A stretch of 64,000 bases of DNA from Schizochytrium sp. TIO01 (GCA_004764695.1 SMSO01000035.1:558001-622000); one strand, 5' to 3'; numbered from the stretch's first letter, positions 1-11,808 are shown. Numbers and translations: made by a program. Notes: generated from the letters alone by a model not told the origin.

Positions 1-139
1 CTACTATCGATCAAGCAGAGACTGTATACATAAGAAAGTGCACCAAACCAAAACTCTGGCGACGTGAAGCACCTACAAGCTATATTCTAGCCTGTTAGAT
101 AAAGATAGCTTTAAGTCATCTACCTCGGCTTGAGATAGC

Positions 140-2557
140 ATGGGTGGAAGACGGGACGCAGCCGGTGCTGGCGATGCATCAGTTCCCAAAAGACTTGCGC
201 CACTAGATCATATAAAAAATTTATACGATGGAGCGGCTGCAAATCTTGCCCAATCTGCGATGGGAAATGCCTCGCGCAAGATTTGTGCAAAGAAGGATCT
301 TGTCGAGGCTGTGCGTGAGATGAATAGCAAACCAGGACTGAAGAAACTCGCTGCTGGACAAACTCAATCAGATGTACAACTCCGTTCAAGTGCCTCGCAG
401 CCGGACACATCGAATTCGCAAGTTCGTGCTACATCAGCTGTTGTTGATAAACCTCGAGCTGAAAGTAACGAAAAACAATCTACGAACAAACCGCGACGAA
501 ATGTGCGCACAGCTATGCCTCTCAGCCAGAAGCGGACATCAGAAAGAGGTGGTAGATTTAAAAGTGCGTCAGAAATTCTTCAAGAGACACTAAATTTTAA
601 TGCAAAGAAGTACAATGACCTCAAAATTGCCTGCGAGGAAAAGGAGAAGCAACTTAATAAGCTCATTGATGAACTGGCCTCTTTACAAGTAGAGAACGAA
701 TCTTTACGCAAAATGGAACTTCATCAAACCTCTGATACCTTACACCTAGACGAATTGAGCAACAAGATTGAAGAGGTTCAATCTCTACTAGAGAATAGAC
801 AACATCGTCAAGCGGTGCTTCATCATATGAAATCACGCTTAGATGTGAACCAAGTAGCTTTCGATGCGCACATTAAAGGCATGGAGGAAGCCTTGAATGC
901 AAGCTCTCGGGAATTTGAAGAGGTGAAACTTTTGATGCGACAACTTGAGTCAGGAAATGCCAACGCTCAAGACTCACTCAAAGCAGCGTCAGAACGCATT
1001 TCCAAAGAACGTGACCTACGCAACAAGCACTTAGCTCAGCGACGTCAAGAAGCTGCAAACGCAAAGCGTATGGAGGAATGGCGTGAAAAACGTGAAAAGG
1101 CCCGCATGATGCTTGATGCTGAGCTTGATGGTGATCTCAGCGAGGAAGGGGAGAGGCAACTAATTGCTGCTGTCAATAAAAGTACACAGCAGGATCAGGA
1201 GCTAGAACGAATCCATCGCCATGCGACGCAGGCTGTGTCAACATATGAGGAAGCATTCAATGCGATTCGCGAGGCAACTGGTGTCCGAACTCTTGATGAG
1301 ATGGTAGAAAAGTTTCTCGGACAGAGTGCTAACAAGCAGGCCCTTGTTGAAGAGCGCTTCGAAGTAGAGCAGCGTCAACGAAAGGTAAAGGAAGAGCTTG
1401 CTCGTGTTCAAACTGAGTTTGCAGAGTTCAAAGCAGCTGGAATAGGCGGCTCAGAGTTAAATCGGGAAATGTATGATAAGCTTGATAACAACATCTTAGA
1501 AGCCCGCCACGAGCTGAAAATTAAACAAGGAGTTAATGAGCGGCTGGAGAAGATCCTTTTGCAAGTTCGAGCTGGAATGCTTGGTCTGATGGGTCGATTA
1601 GCACCTTTTAAGCAAGTGCTGTCATTTGATGACGAGGGGCCCGGATTGGTTACCAGCTCCGTAGGTGGCCATGGAGGAGGCTCGGGTGGCAATAGAGGAG
1701 GAAGTGATATTCTCGAACTGACAATTGCATGTGAGAATAAGCTCACCCGGCTCTTAGATTGTGTTAATGCCAATTTGCAGAGTCAAACTCGTGGTATGCT
1801 CATGGCCAATGCCTTATCAGCTGTGCCAGCAAGTAGTCTTTCAGCAGCAGAAGCTCTCAGTGGCAGTGACAGCATCAGCTCAACGTCCATCATTGAGACA
1901 CAGGAAGGGGGAACTGCAACCACAGGGGTTGCACAACGTGGTGGGGAGACTGTGGCAAATCTTACGAAACAATGTAACCTAGCGCTAAGTTTGTTGGATT
2001 CCGGCGAAGAAGTTACTCATATTAACAACGTTCGAGTAAGACCTCGACGAGCTCTTGGAAATGGCGAGCTTGGCACTCCCTTGTCAACTGCTCGATCCAT
2101 GTACGAAGATGGCAATAGTTCAGATTCAGATTCTTCCTCACAGAGTCGCCTAGAAGACGAGGACAGCTCACGGCGAAATATCGCGCTACATAAAAAGTCT
2201 AAATCACGTAAGACGCAAATGACAGCTAGAACCACGACCATGCAGCGTTTAAGTGATGGAAAAGCCGATGCAGTTGGTGCTGCGGATGACGAAGAGGTAA
2301 AGGAAGAACTTGAAAGTCTGGAGGACGACGAAAATGTGGTTTGTGACGCTGCTGCGATGAAAGCACGTTCACGATCACGTATCCAAAAGGCGTTGGAACA
2401 ACAACGCGCACATGTAAAGCGACAGCGAACACTATCTACACTTAAGAGCAAGAGGGCTGGTCAAGATCAAGAGAGTTTGGATAGACTAGCCCAACCAAGT
2501 AAGCACCATCGTCGTGCAAATAGGAAAACTATCTACGAGCGACCTGATTTGGCTTAA
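140..2557 (+). CDS. Coiled-coil protein, outer dynein arm docking complex subunit-like (ODA-DC1/CCDC151 family)
   Basis: 805-aa ORF with a long heptad-rich region. YEEAFNAIREATGVRTLDEMVEKFLGQ resembles the conserved YEEAFxxIKEATGV...V.KF block of ODA docking complex proteins. Confidence 0.65.
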   Translation: MGGRRDAAGAGDASVPKRLAPLDHIKNLYDGAAANLAQSAMGNASRKICAKKDLVEAVREMNSKPGLKKLAAGQTQSDVQLRSSASQPDTSNSQVRATSAVVDKPRAESNEKQSTNKPRRNVRTAMPLSQKRTSERGGRFKSASEILQETLNFNAKKYNDLKIACEEKEKQLNKLIDELASLQVENESLRKMELHQTSDTLHLDELSNKIEEVQSLLENRQHRQAVLHHMKSRLDVNQVAFDAHIKGMEEALNASSREFEEVKLLMRQLESGNANAQDSLKAASERISKERDLRNKHLAQRRQEAANAKRMEEWREKREKARMMLDAELDGDLSEEGERQLIAAVNKSTQQDQELERIHRHATQAVSTYEEAFNAIREATGVRTLDEMVEKFLGQSANKQALVEERFEVEQRQRKVKEELARVQTEFAEFKAAGIGGSELNREMYDKLDNNILEARHELKIKQGVNERLEKILLQVRAGMLGLMGRLAPFKQVLSFDDEGPGLVTSSVGGHGGGSGGNRGGSDILELTIACENKLTRLLDCVNANLQSQTRGMLMANALSAVPASSLSAAEALSGSDSISSTSIIETQEGGTATTGVAQRGGETVANLTKQCNLALSLLDSGEEVTHINNVRVRPRRALGNGELGTPLSTARSMYEDGNSSDSDSSSQSRLEDEDSSRRNIALHKKSKSRKTQMTARTTTMQRLSDGKADAVGAADDEEVKEELESLEDDENVVCDAAAMKARSRSRIQKALEQQRAHVKRQRTLSTLKSKRAGQDQESLDRLAQPSKHHRRANRKTIYERPDLA

Positions 2558-3590
2558 AATGTTCAACATTTAGAAGAAAAAAAATATGTTCAAGAGATCT
2601 GGCAAAACTAAGGTGTTTGTACGATTTGAATGGTGTACAAGCGAAGCACTGAGAAGCTTTCTCAGCAAAGGAGATTTTTCGTTTTTGTTTTTGTTCTTTG
2701 TTTTTAAATTAAACAAATAATCAAATTAGCCAGCTGTGCGTTTTCATCCTTCGTGTTTGGGTTGTTTAGTTCACGCATACTCGATTTAAAGTTTATGAAT
2801 GATAAGAGGTCAAATTTAGCAGTTAAAATTTAAAGCCGAAGGGCAGATAGGCTGCAGGTTCTATTTCGAGCGGTGAAAGACCATTTTCAGAAGAAAACTT
2901 TTACTGGCAGGTTTTACTCACCTGACTAAAAAACGTGCTGATTGGCTCGAACAAGTGAGCTTTTAGGAAAGAAATCTATTTAAAGATGCGTTAAAAGTCG
3001 GATTAGCAAGAAGTCTGTTCCTGCGAGTCTTCAAATATGCGACGTTAATTTGCAGGAGCGAACTTGAAAGATAATAATATAGTTCTGTATCAAGTATGAT
3101 ACTTAACTTCTCATGGATTTGTCATAATAAAGTACCTGTTATTCATGTGTACTTGAGCTCTCTTTTTCTTCAAATCCTTACTTTCGTATCTAGTACTGAG
3201 TGATTGGGCAACTTTTCCCAGCAATCTACCTATGCTAATAAAATAGGAGGTAAGTTTTCCTCAGTTCTTATTATTAGTTTGAATGTGAGAGGCCTAAGTC
3301 AAGGATCAATAGAGAAGCAATTAAAGGGTCACAAGAGGCTAGCCGACAAAGGTGAAATGGTGCTTTGCAATATCTATATAGGTTCTCTTGATGTAGGTTG
3401 TGAAACTTTGGAACTTGATGCATCGTCCGCTCTCGTGGATGCCCTCCTTTGTGAAAGTGGTATATTAACTTTTTTGTATTGCACTTGACTTGGTTTTGGT
3501 TAGGTATCCACTCTGCTTCTAACTCGCAAAGACGTTCATATACCAAGCAAGACAGACGGCACTCAGACTAAAGAGATGTTTACCTCTTTA

Positions 3591-4436
3591 TCACGCAATT
3601 TCTTTCTCAATCGCTTCGAGAGTCTTATCTAGAGAATGCGTTGCTGCAGGCTTTGGTGCGTTGGACGAAGAAACAGTCTTCTCAACAGAAAGGTCTCCGA
3701 TGTCGCTTGTAAGCTCGCGGGCAAAGGTGGAAGAGCCATCCTCGTTGATGCATGCATTCATATGTGCGATAAGCATATCCATGGCGACGTGTGAGTCATA
3801 TCCTCCCTCTGGAATGATCACGTCAGCGTAACGCTTTGTGGGCTCAACAAATTGTATGTGCATTGGGCGCACTGTGGTAAGATATTGATCAGCAACCTCT
3901 TCGGAGCTTCGGCCGCGCTCAATTGTATCACGTCGCAGACGCCGGATAAAACGAATATCGGCGTCAGTATCGACGAAGATCTTAATATCAATAAGATTAC
4001 GAAGATCTGGGTCAGAGAAGATGAGGATTCCATCCACAATAATTACGGGAGTGGGTTGGATCGTGACAAACTCGTTCCTTCGCCTAGAGTGGGTCGTAAA
4101 GTCGTAAACTGGCAGGTCCACAGCCTTGCCCGCCCGAAGTTCTCGCAAATGTTCGATCAACAGCTCCGTCTCGAGAGCCTCAGGGTGATCAAAGTTCATG
4201 TTTTTGCGCTCCTCAAAGGTGGCCTCCCCGAGGTCTCTGTAGTAGCTATCATGGGTAATTTTAGACACCTTCTCAGTGCCAATACGCTGCACAACAGCAT
4301 CTGAGATGCTTGACTTTCCGCTTCCAGATCCTCCAGCGATGCCGATTATTAGAGGCCTTTTTGTTGGGGTCGTGGAGCTTGTGGCTTCTCCAGCCGCAGA
4401 CTTGGCAGACTCTGTTTCAACGCGCAGTGAGCTCAT
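3591..4436 (-). CDS. udk: Uridine(-cytidine) kinase, stand-alone type
   Basis: P-loop IIGIAGGSGSGKS plus DSYY, NFDHPEA, DIKIFVDTDADIRFIRRLRRD and EPTKRYADVIIPEGG motifs. First in-frame ATG is at 4436; the ORF track starts at TTG 4472, with an in-frame stop upstream at 4533-4535. Confidence 0.93.
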   Translation of the reverse strand: MSSLRVETESAKSAAGEATSSTTPTKRPLIIGIAGGSGSGKSSISDAVVQRIGTEKVSKITHDSYYRDLGEATFEERKNMNFDHPEALETELLIEHLRELRAGKAVDLPVYDFTTHSRRRNEFVTIQPTPVIIVDGILIFSDPDLRNLIDIKIFVDTDADIRFIRRLRRDTIERGRSSEEVADQYLTTVRPMHIQFVEPTKRYADVIIPEGGYDSHVAMDMLIAHMNACINEDGSSTFARELTSDIGDLSVEKTVSSSNAPKPAATHSLDKTLEAIEKEIA

Positions 4437-6063
4437 CGAAGGTAAGGAAATAGAAGACGAAGCAAACAACAAGAAAGAAAGACTACCGAGGCCCTCGGCA
4501 GCTGGTTTTGCTGTTGTTGTCTTTTTTCTGTGTTACAGCAGCTAGTCTTTGCGGTGGTCTTGACACTTATCGAACGGGTCGCTAAGAATATGCTTTGTTT
4601 GGCGGCAAAGTCTTTCCCAATGATGCCGATGTGCTCTTCTACTGCTCTATGTGCCCACTGCTTGTGCTGCGCTCCTTCTGCTCTCTATTTGTTCTTTTTT
4701 AGTTATTGTCAAAAGCAATGGGATTGTTATTGTTATTTTTAAAGAATTATTTATTTATTTAGGATTATTTTTTTCATCTTTAGAAATCAAAATACAAAGT
4801 TCATTCACTGCTAAACTCTTGCACTACGAAGGTATTAAGTGAATAAATTTGTGATACCTGAGTGGCAAGTACTAATATCTACCTATTTATTTAGGTGTTA
4901 CCCAGGAATTTACTTTACTTTCTCAGTTAGCGCTAGCACTATTACAAAAGCTTTAATCAAAATAGTAACAGTAGTACCATTATACCATTATACCATTTTC
5001 CAGTGAACACTTAAGTATGTTATAGGAGCACCTCGTTCTTGATCAAATAATATTAAAGATCATGAATTTACTTCCTTTTCATTACTTCTTAGTAATTATT
5101 TATCATATTATTATTATTATTAATTTATTTATTAATTAATTTATTATTTAATTAATCTGTTGGTCGTGTTTCCAAGCTATCATAGGATAGTGTTCTACAT
5201 AACAGATTACTAGGCACCTCGATATAAAAACATTTTAAAAAGAAGGAAATCGTTGTATTGAATTACCCCAAAAAGCTACTGCATAGCCCATAGACTATTT
5301 CAAAGTTGTATATTTTGCATAGTATTACATACCATTAGGCACCTACTAGGAGGCAGGTAAGTACCTTCCTACTAAATACCTCGTACCTTCTGCCACTACT
5401 AGAGAAAGAGTGAGAGAAAACTTCTTTCTTTTCCGTGCAGGTGAAGGTAGTAAGTAGCTATGCAGGCTGTCATTACCTACTACAGTAGAGGTAGGGTGGG
5501 TACCTACTACCTTCCTACCTACCTAACTAGTAGGTAGGAACATCCACCCTTCAATTTGGTCAAGTCTCGAGTTCTCCACCATCCAGAGCTCTGACGATTT
5601 GAGGTGAACTGAGCAGAGAGCACTCAACCGCTATAGAGCAAATCACCTGCGGCACAAGCAAACAAATGCAGCAGTAGGTTGGAGCAAAATGATTGCATCG
5701 AGCGTATGGCGAGTTTTTGTGCAGTGACACCAATGAATTAATATTAATTTTTAAGCCCTTGGATGGGAGTCTTGAGAATGGCGCAGTTCAAGATAACCTA
5801 TCGAAAACAACTTCAAGTCCAAAGAGAACAAGCAAACATTGGCTCTTCCGTGCTCCTCGAGTCTCCAACTCCAACTTCAAGTGGTGTCATTCATTCAATG
5901 CTGCCGATTGCGCGTTTCTGAACACCTCAAGAACATCACTTCATCCCACAACTTACAAGCTTTCTTGCTTGCTTGCTTGCTGCTATCTCAGTTTCCTCCC
6001 CCCTTTGCGATGCTGTCGAGAAGGATCAATTGCTTACTCTTGAGGCTGCAGCGTGTTTAGATC

Positions 6064-6066
<3 letters not shown>

Positions 6067-6162
<96 letters not shown>
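6067..6162. repeat. (GATT)24 microsatellite
   Basis: Perfect tetranucleotide run of 96 bp. Confidence 0.98.
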
Positions 6163-6259
6163 AAGCTTCTTTATAAACTCATGTTCCCAGAACGCAGAAC
6201 TCAGGAACTCGTATGATTACGAAACTTGACTTTAACTTCTAGGATGCACAAAAACAGAT

Positions 6260-6352
6260 GTACGTAGGTATGTAGGTACGTAGGTACGTAGGTACGTAGG
6301 TACGTAGGTACGTAGGTACGTAGGTGCGTAGGTGCGTAGATGCGTAGGTAGG
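6260..6352. repeat. (GTAGGTAC)~11 tandem repeat
   Basis: 8-bp unit with a few substitutions (GTAGGTAT, GTAGGTGC, GTAGATGC). Confidence 0.95.
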
Positions 6353-6783
6353 TTGTTAAGCTGCTTTCAATTGCTTTTTTAAAAGTTACCCAGGTATGTA
6401 AAAGCAAAGCTCTCATAACCTAAGTCTTGAACAAAAGTGATTGTTCTGGCTTGAGTTTTCCCTCAAATCAAAAGATCGAGAGAAGTGCCTTTGTCTAGTG
6501 ACAGTGGGCCTTCAAGTTCGGCGGTTCCCCAAGTAGCAACTAGACACCTACTCAAAATGTGTAGTTATTTTGGTGAGAGTTCGTTATCTCCGCTACCCCC
6601 TGTATTCAATGCTAGGAGACGGTTTCCAAAGGTTGATTTATATCATCCATTACCATTGTCAAAAACAAAATCCACATTATCACTCTCTCATTATTTAAAC
6701 TATCAAATGTGTAAAATTTGCAGCTTCCATGGCGAGGTGGAATCGGGGGTTTGAAAACTAACTCGCAACTCAAAGACAAATTT

Positions 6784-7665
6784 TAAATCAGGCCCTTGGA
6801 TATGTAGCGCTAAAGAATGCCTCTGGTGGCGTGGATATCACGATTGACTTTATGTGCGCATTTGGGTCATTTGAAAACCTTGAATGTGTTCCGAGCTTGC
6901 CGTGAATGGTACCACATTCATTGCATGTTTTGGAAGCGTAATCCTCTCTGCAAATAACGAGTTTACACCAGGGAAACGCTCGGGTTTGTGAATAAGCGCT
7001 TGACGGAAGCTTAAGTGGCCCCAATGAAAGGCGCGTCATTTGAATTGTATTGCTTCTGATCCGTCTTGTGAATTTGTTGACCATCTGGGAGGTTTCAAAT
7101 TTAGGCAAAATGATAACACGAAAGTTTTCACAAGGCAAAAGTGCAAGCTTGCGGTGAATCTTGGTAGTCGTGTTCTTGATTTTGAGGAGTGCGCAAAGGT
7201 ATTCGCGTCTCGAGGCATTTTGCCTTTTTTCTTTTGAGCCAATTTACCTCGTTGGATTCTATCGGGCGGCGACAGAGGAAAAGTATGATTTTTGCCTCTT
7301 CCGCTGTGCCCCACTTAATGGCTTGGCCATCGGCGTCGCGCATGGTCTGAAATGAGCGTATATCTGGGTCCAAGACAAGGACACTATGGTGCGCACCGGG
7401 TGCCTCATCTTCTGATTGGACCTTTTCTTCATGCAAAAGTAGAAGTAAACAATGACTCAGGCAATTCATTTGCACACGCATAGCATTGGTTACTTGGTCG
7501 GGGAACATACATCTTGATGCAGGGCCGCAACTGTGTACCTTTGGACAAGTCACAATCAAAAGCAACGCCAATGTGGTAAGCTCTTTTGGCAACGCCAAAC
7601 CATGTCTTGAGTTGAGAGAACTGGTCTTTCGCTGGATAGACACAAATTTCCCTTAAAATTACCAA
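6784..7665 (-). pseudogene. tnpB: Fanzor2/TnpB RNA-guided nuclease pseudogene (frameshifts, stops, internal deletion)
   Basis: Motifs across frames, in order: N-terminal REICVYPAKDQFSQLKTWFGVAKRAYH; RuvC-I VLVLDPDIRSFQT..DGQAIKWG; CENFRVIILPKFETSQMV; FPWCKLVICREDYASKTCNECG; KVFK*PKCAH zinc finger; RuvC-III NRDIHATRGIL*RY. Confidence 0.9.
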
Positions 7666-7687
7666 ATCATAATCTTTATTGGTCGTC

Positions 7688-8320
7688 TTACGTGCCTTTA
7701 CGCGCGCTCTCTTCCTCCTCGCTACGGCGTTGCCGTCTATTCTGCGCTGCTCGTTTTTCGTGATGCAAGACGGTCATGATATTAAGGAGGTCTTTTGTGA
7801 AGGCGTCGGAGTCTCCGGCATTTGCATCTTAGCCGTATACCATAAGTTTGACATTTTTCCTTTTGAGAAGGTGTTCAAGGAGGTTGACGGCGAACCCCAC
7901 AAGCCGGTCGCGGTGCAGGACCACAACCTGGCCGACTCCGCCGCTGTCGCAGGCGTCCAATATAGCGCGCAAGCCCAGCCTTTGAAAATGACCCCACTGC
8001 CAACGTCTCTGTAGACGGCAAATGCGTCTCGATATGCATGCTGGAGACCACCAACCTGGCGTTTGAAATATTTTTTCTGCTTGACAAAGGACAGTCTGGC
8101 GTAGATAATGGTACAGGCAAATGTTGCGTTGCTCGCGGCTGCCGGAACCGCAGCTACAGATGCGCCCAACATAGACACTTGCTTGTATGCGATTGCCCAC
8201 GGAAAAGGACCTAAAGAGTTCTTCTTAATATACCAAACCTCAGGTTGAAGTTCTTTACTGGCCTCTATTGAAGATCTGCTTTACTTGTAGTGCTTGAGCT
8301 CGGTGGTTCCTTGGCCATGC
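7688..8320 (-). pseudogene. tnpA: IS607-family TnpA serine recombinase pseudogene
   Basis: IIYARLSFVKQKKYFKRQV...RDVGSGVIFK, then a frameshift to GLRAILDACDSGGVGQVVVLHRDRLVGFAVNLLEHLL, a stop, then KDLLNIMTV...RAAQNRR. A faint HTH remnant lies at ~8200-8320. Confidence 0.9.
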
Positions 8321-8703
8321 CATTTTATTACCTGACCTCCACTCCTTAACTGAGACCTTAATAATTATAATATGTAATTTTTATATGAAATAGTCACAAC
8401 CATTTAATTATTATATAAGTTTTACCCTTTTCGTAAGAAGGAACTACTACCCTATAGGTATTATCCGTAATCAAAAAATTACGTCATTTACAGTCAACAA
8501 GGTTTATTATGTTTATCATTTATTATGAGAAGCCCAGCCTGAACAGGTTGAACCTCCGCAGTACGTGGGAAAGCGTGAATAACCAAAGGTACAATCGCGT
8601 AGAAACCAATTTAAGTTCTGATTATCCTTTCCTCTCAAATCCCTTCGTCTCTATTGAAAGAAATAGGAAACATAGAAGAAGAGGACTGTACGGTTATCTT
8701 ACC

Positions 8704-9996
8704 ATGCAGATCACGAAAATACTTCTACAACTAGTTTTCGCTTCGTTAGCTTTGTCTTCAGCTAGAGTATCTGGCACAAGAACACGGGTCCACGATGAGG
8801 CCGCGAGCGTCAAAAGACGGCCTCCAGTTTTGCTTATTCCTGGTGATGGTGGAAATCAAATTGAGTATAAGCTTGATCGCAAAGATCATATACCACACTG
8901 GTTTTGTCGTAAATCATCCCACGGATGGAAAAGGCTGTGGCTTGATGTACTTGACTTGTTACCAGGCGAAATAGACTGCTGGAATGAAAATATAAAACTT
9001 CATTTTAATGTTAGCTCTGGTAAGTTTTCGAATGCACCTGGGGTGGAAATTCGTGTTCCGGGATTTGGAACGACCACATCAGTCGAATATGTTGATCCAT
9101 GGATCAAGAGTGAGGCAGGCTATATGAATAGGCTTGTGGCTGTTCTTGTTGCGCATGGGTACACCCGTGAGAAAGACTTGGCTGCTGCACCTTATGACTT
9201 TCGTCTAGCTGTGATTTCTCACCCCAACTTCGTTTCTCGTACGATAAGGCTTGTGGAGGATCTCTATTTTCGAAATAATAACACCAAAGTTGCGTTGGTT
9301 TCACACTCAATGGGGTCTATAGTTACCTTATTCATTTTACAAAATCGCCCTCAAGCCTGGAAGGATAAATTTATACATTCTTGGACTTCCTTTTCGGGAA
9401 TTTTTGCAGGAACAGTGCTCGAGTACAAAGTCCTAGCATCAGGAGACAACTTCAATGTGCCAATTGTTTCTAGCTCTAGTGTTGTTACAGAGCAGCGGTC
9501 CTACGAAAGTAACTACTGGATGCTACCAACAGAGCAACATTGGTCGACAAATCCAGTTCTCATGAAAACCCCATTCAGGAATTATACTGTGCGAGATATC
9601 GACTCGTTCTTGAGAGATGTCGGCTATGCTCAAGGCATAAATCTAAGGAAGCGCACTTCAGGAATTACTAATTTGACCATTCCTCCTCAGGTACCTGTTA
9701 ACTTGTATATTGGTCGTGGTTTACCCACACCTCTTCAATATATTTATACAAAAGGGGACAATAAGACCTGGTTTAAAAACCAGCCTACTAAAATCCTAAC
9801 TGGTGATGGCGATAGCATTGTTAACAGTCTGAGTTTGGAGGCCCCCCTATCATACTGGCCTCAGCATCAATCGAATCATGTTTCTGTTCGATACTTTGAA
9901 AATGTCACGCATTCAGGAATTCTCACGCATACTGATGCATTGCAAACATTTGTACACCAGCTTCTTCATGGTTTTGATGAAAGTGCTCTTGTATAA
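8704..9996 (+). CDS. LCAT family / group XV lysosomal phospholipase A2-like acyltransferase
   Basis: PVLLIPGDGGNQIE, APYDFR, lipase nucleophile SHSMG, GDGD and a C-terminal His. ATG at 8704 is followed by a signal-peptide-like stretch (MQITKILLQLVFASLALSSA); the ORF is open from 8509. Confidence 0.92.
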   Translation: MQITKILLQLVFASLALSSARVSGTRTRVHDEAASVKRRPPVLLIPGDGGNQIEYKLDRKDHIPHWFCRKSSHGWKRLWLDVLDLLPGEIDCWNENIKLHFNVSSGKFSNAPGVEIRVPGFGTTTSVEYVDPWIKSEAGYMNRLVAVLVAHGYTREKDLAAAPYDFRLAVISHPNFVSRTIRLVEDLYFRNNNTKVALVSHSMGSIVTLFILQNRPQAWKDKFIHSWTSFSGIFAGTVLEYKVLASGDNFNVPIVSSSSVVTEQRSYESNYWMLPTEQHWSTNPVLMKTPFRNYTVRDIDSFLRDVGYAQGINLRKRTSGITNLTIPPQVPVNLYIGRGLPTPLQYIYTKGDNKTWFKNQPTKILTGDGDSIVNSLSLEAPLSYWPQHQSNHVSVRYFENVTHSGILTHTDALQTFVHQLLHGFDESALV

Positions 9997-11808
9997 TTTG
10001 TCTCTTGACACATTTATAATAAACCTCACGTTGATTGGCTTACATCAAAACTCAAATGATTTCTTTGAACCATTGAAAGTCCCTGCTTCCGAAATTGATG
10101 TTATTTGGAACCCATTATCATGCCTTGAGTTTAGCTTATTATTATTTTGACCAATGTTAGTTCATAAACAAGCTATATGCTAGAATTGAATGAATAAATA
10201 AATAAATATTTATATAGATATATATAGATTTATAATATTAATAAAAGGGATAACCCAGACTACTTTGCAGACGTGTGTTCTTTCTATGTCCTTTTTGATT
10301 AGGTCCTCACATAATTTACAATTCATTAGTGTTGCTTTCCTCATGTACAATTGCAAGTATGTAATTTTTTTATATTAAGAAATATACTAATTACAAAACA
10401 TTTTTTTTAATAAATATATATAAATACTATGCTTGATGTATATCAATAATGACAATAACAAGAACAATCAGCTATCGCGACAGACATCCAAGCCTTTCAT
10501 ACGTTTTATTTCAATACCTTCGAGTTTTAACTATAGTTAGCGCTAATAAGTAGGTGCCTTTAATGCTCGCATACAAACTCCAGTAAAAATATGGTACCAC
10601 CCACATAGCGAAGTTAAAAATGCGAGCTGGGCCGACTTTTGGGCTCCTCTCCAAATACGAACATCACGAAAATTAGACATGTTGTCTTGGTTTAGTTTTA
10701 CTCTACTAGGCCCATATCCGATGGATTCGCTTCTTAACTATATTTTAATGATCACCATTAGATAAAAGGCCTAAAGCACCTTCATACAGGAAAGGGCAAA
10801 CTTGGCCTTAGATATGACAGAAAGGTTCGGTGCTGATATACTTTGAAAATGAAGACAAGTTACTAAGTAGATACATGGTAATGTAAATTAAAACACTTAT
10901 AGCAAGAGACAAACACCAGAATCAGAACAGTCACAAAGCCTATTGACAAGTAGTCGGTCAAGTCATACGATGACTTCCCTCGTCCTCAGTTAACTTTCTT
11001 CTCAGACGGAATATTTAGGATGTTTTATTTTTAATTAACGAAGGTTTTGTATAGGAAATACTAGGTTATCAGACATCTTTTTGGCATATACCACGTAATA
11101 AAGGTATATCTAAAATGGCTTTAACGCATATCAGCTACACCAGAGTCTGCTCTTTTAAGTTAAATAAGGTTCTCTAAGTACAATTCTGACTGCCTTTCAG
11201 TAAATTCTTATTGATATGATTTTGTTATGTTTATGCTACATTCCACTGTTAAAAGGATGTCACTATGGTAGCCCTGTATCTAGATAGGTTGCGATAGCAC
11301 TTACTTACAGTGAAAAGTAAGGACATAGAGGAGTGAATAGTAGCTACTATTTGCTACCCGTGGTCGTGAGTTCAAGGACTCCCAAAAAACAACATGAAAG
11401 ATAAGATAGGTATCTAAGCACGTAAGAAATGACATTTCTTCCTACCTGTACTATTAAGGTAAGGTATGAAAACATAGGTATAGGTATAGGTATAGGTTAG
11501 CTATACTATTTTTATTATTTCATATTTTTATATTTTTATTGATTGTATTACTAGTAGTATTTATTGATTTTTAATAATAATAATATTAAATATTAAATTT
11601 TAGATTACAATAATGGTAGGTAATTGAATAGTAAGTCATCGAATAATAATAATATTTGAAGAATAAATAACCATAATAAAGTTGAACTTGTACTAGGTAA
11701 GTACTAAAGCAGAAGAGTCAAAATAAAGAGAAAGAGACAAAGAGACAAACAAGCATTCAAAGACATCGGTCTAACAAAGCCACACCGGCCAAACGCCGAG
11801 GTGGCAAG

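Larger units (their letters stand above)
6480..8345 (-). mobile_element. Degenerate IS607-like element (TnpA serine recombinase + Fanzor2/TnpB); ends approximate
   Basis: Adjacent co-oriented tnpA and tnpB pseudogenes in IS607 order, GC-richer than the AT-rich flanks. Termini are inferred only from composition. Confidence 0.85.

Noticed and set aside
5693-6754. Short ORFs at 5693, 5839, 6201 and 6485
   Set aside because: No recognisable motifs. The 6201-6416 ORF is just the translated octamer repeat.
11360-11385. tRNA-like GGTCGTGAGTTCAAG (T-arm/B-box)
   Set aside because: No acceptor stem, D-arm or anticodon arm can be built around it.
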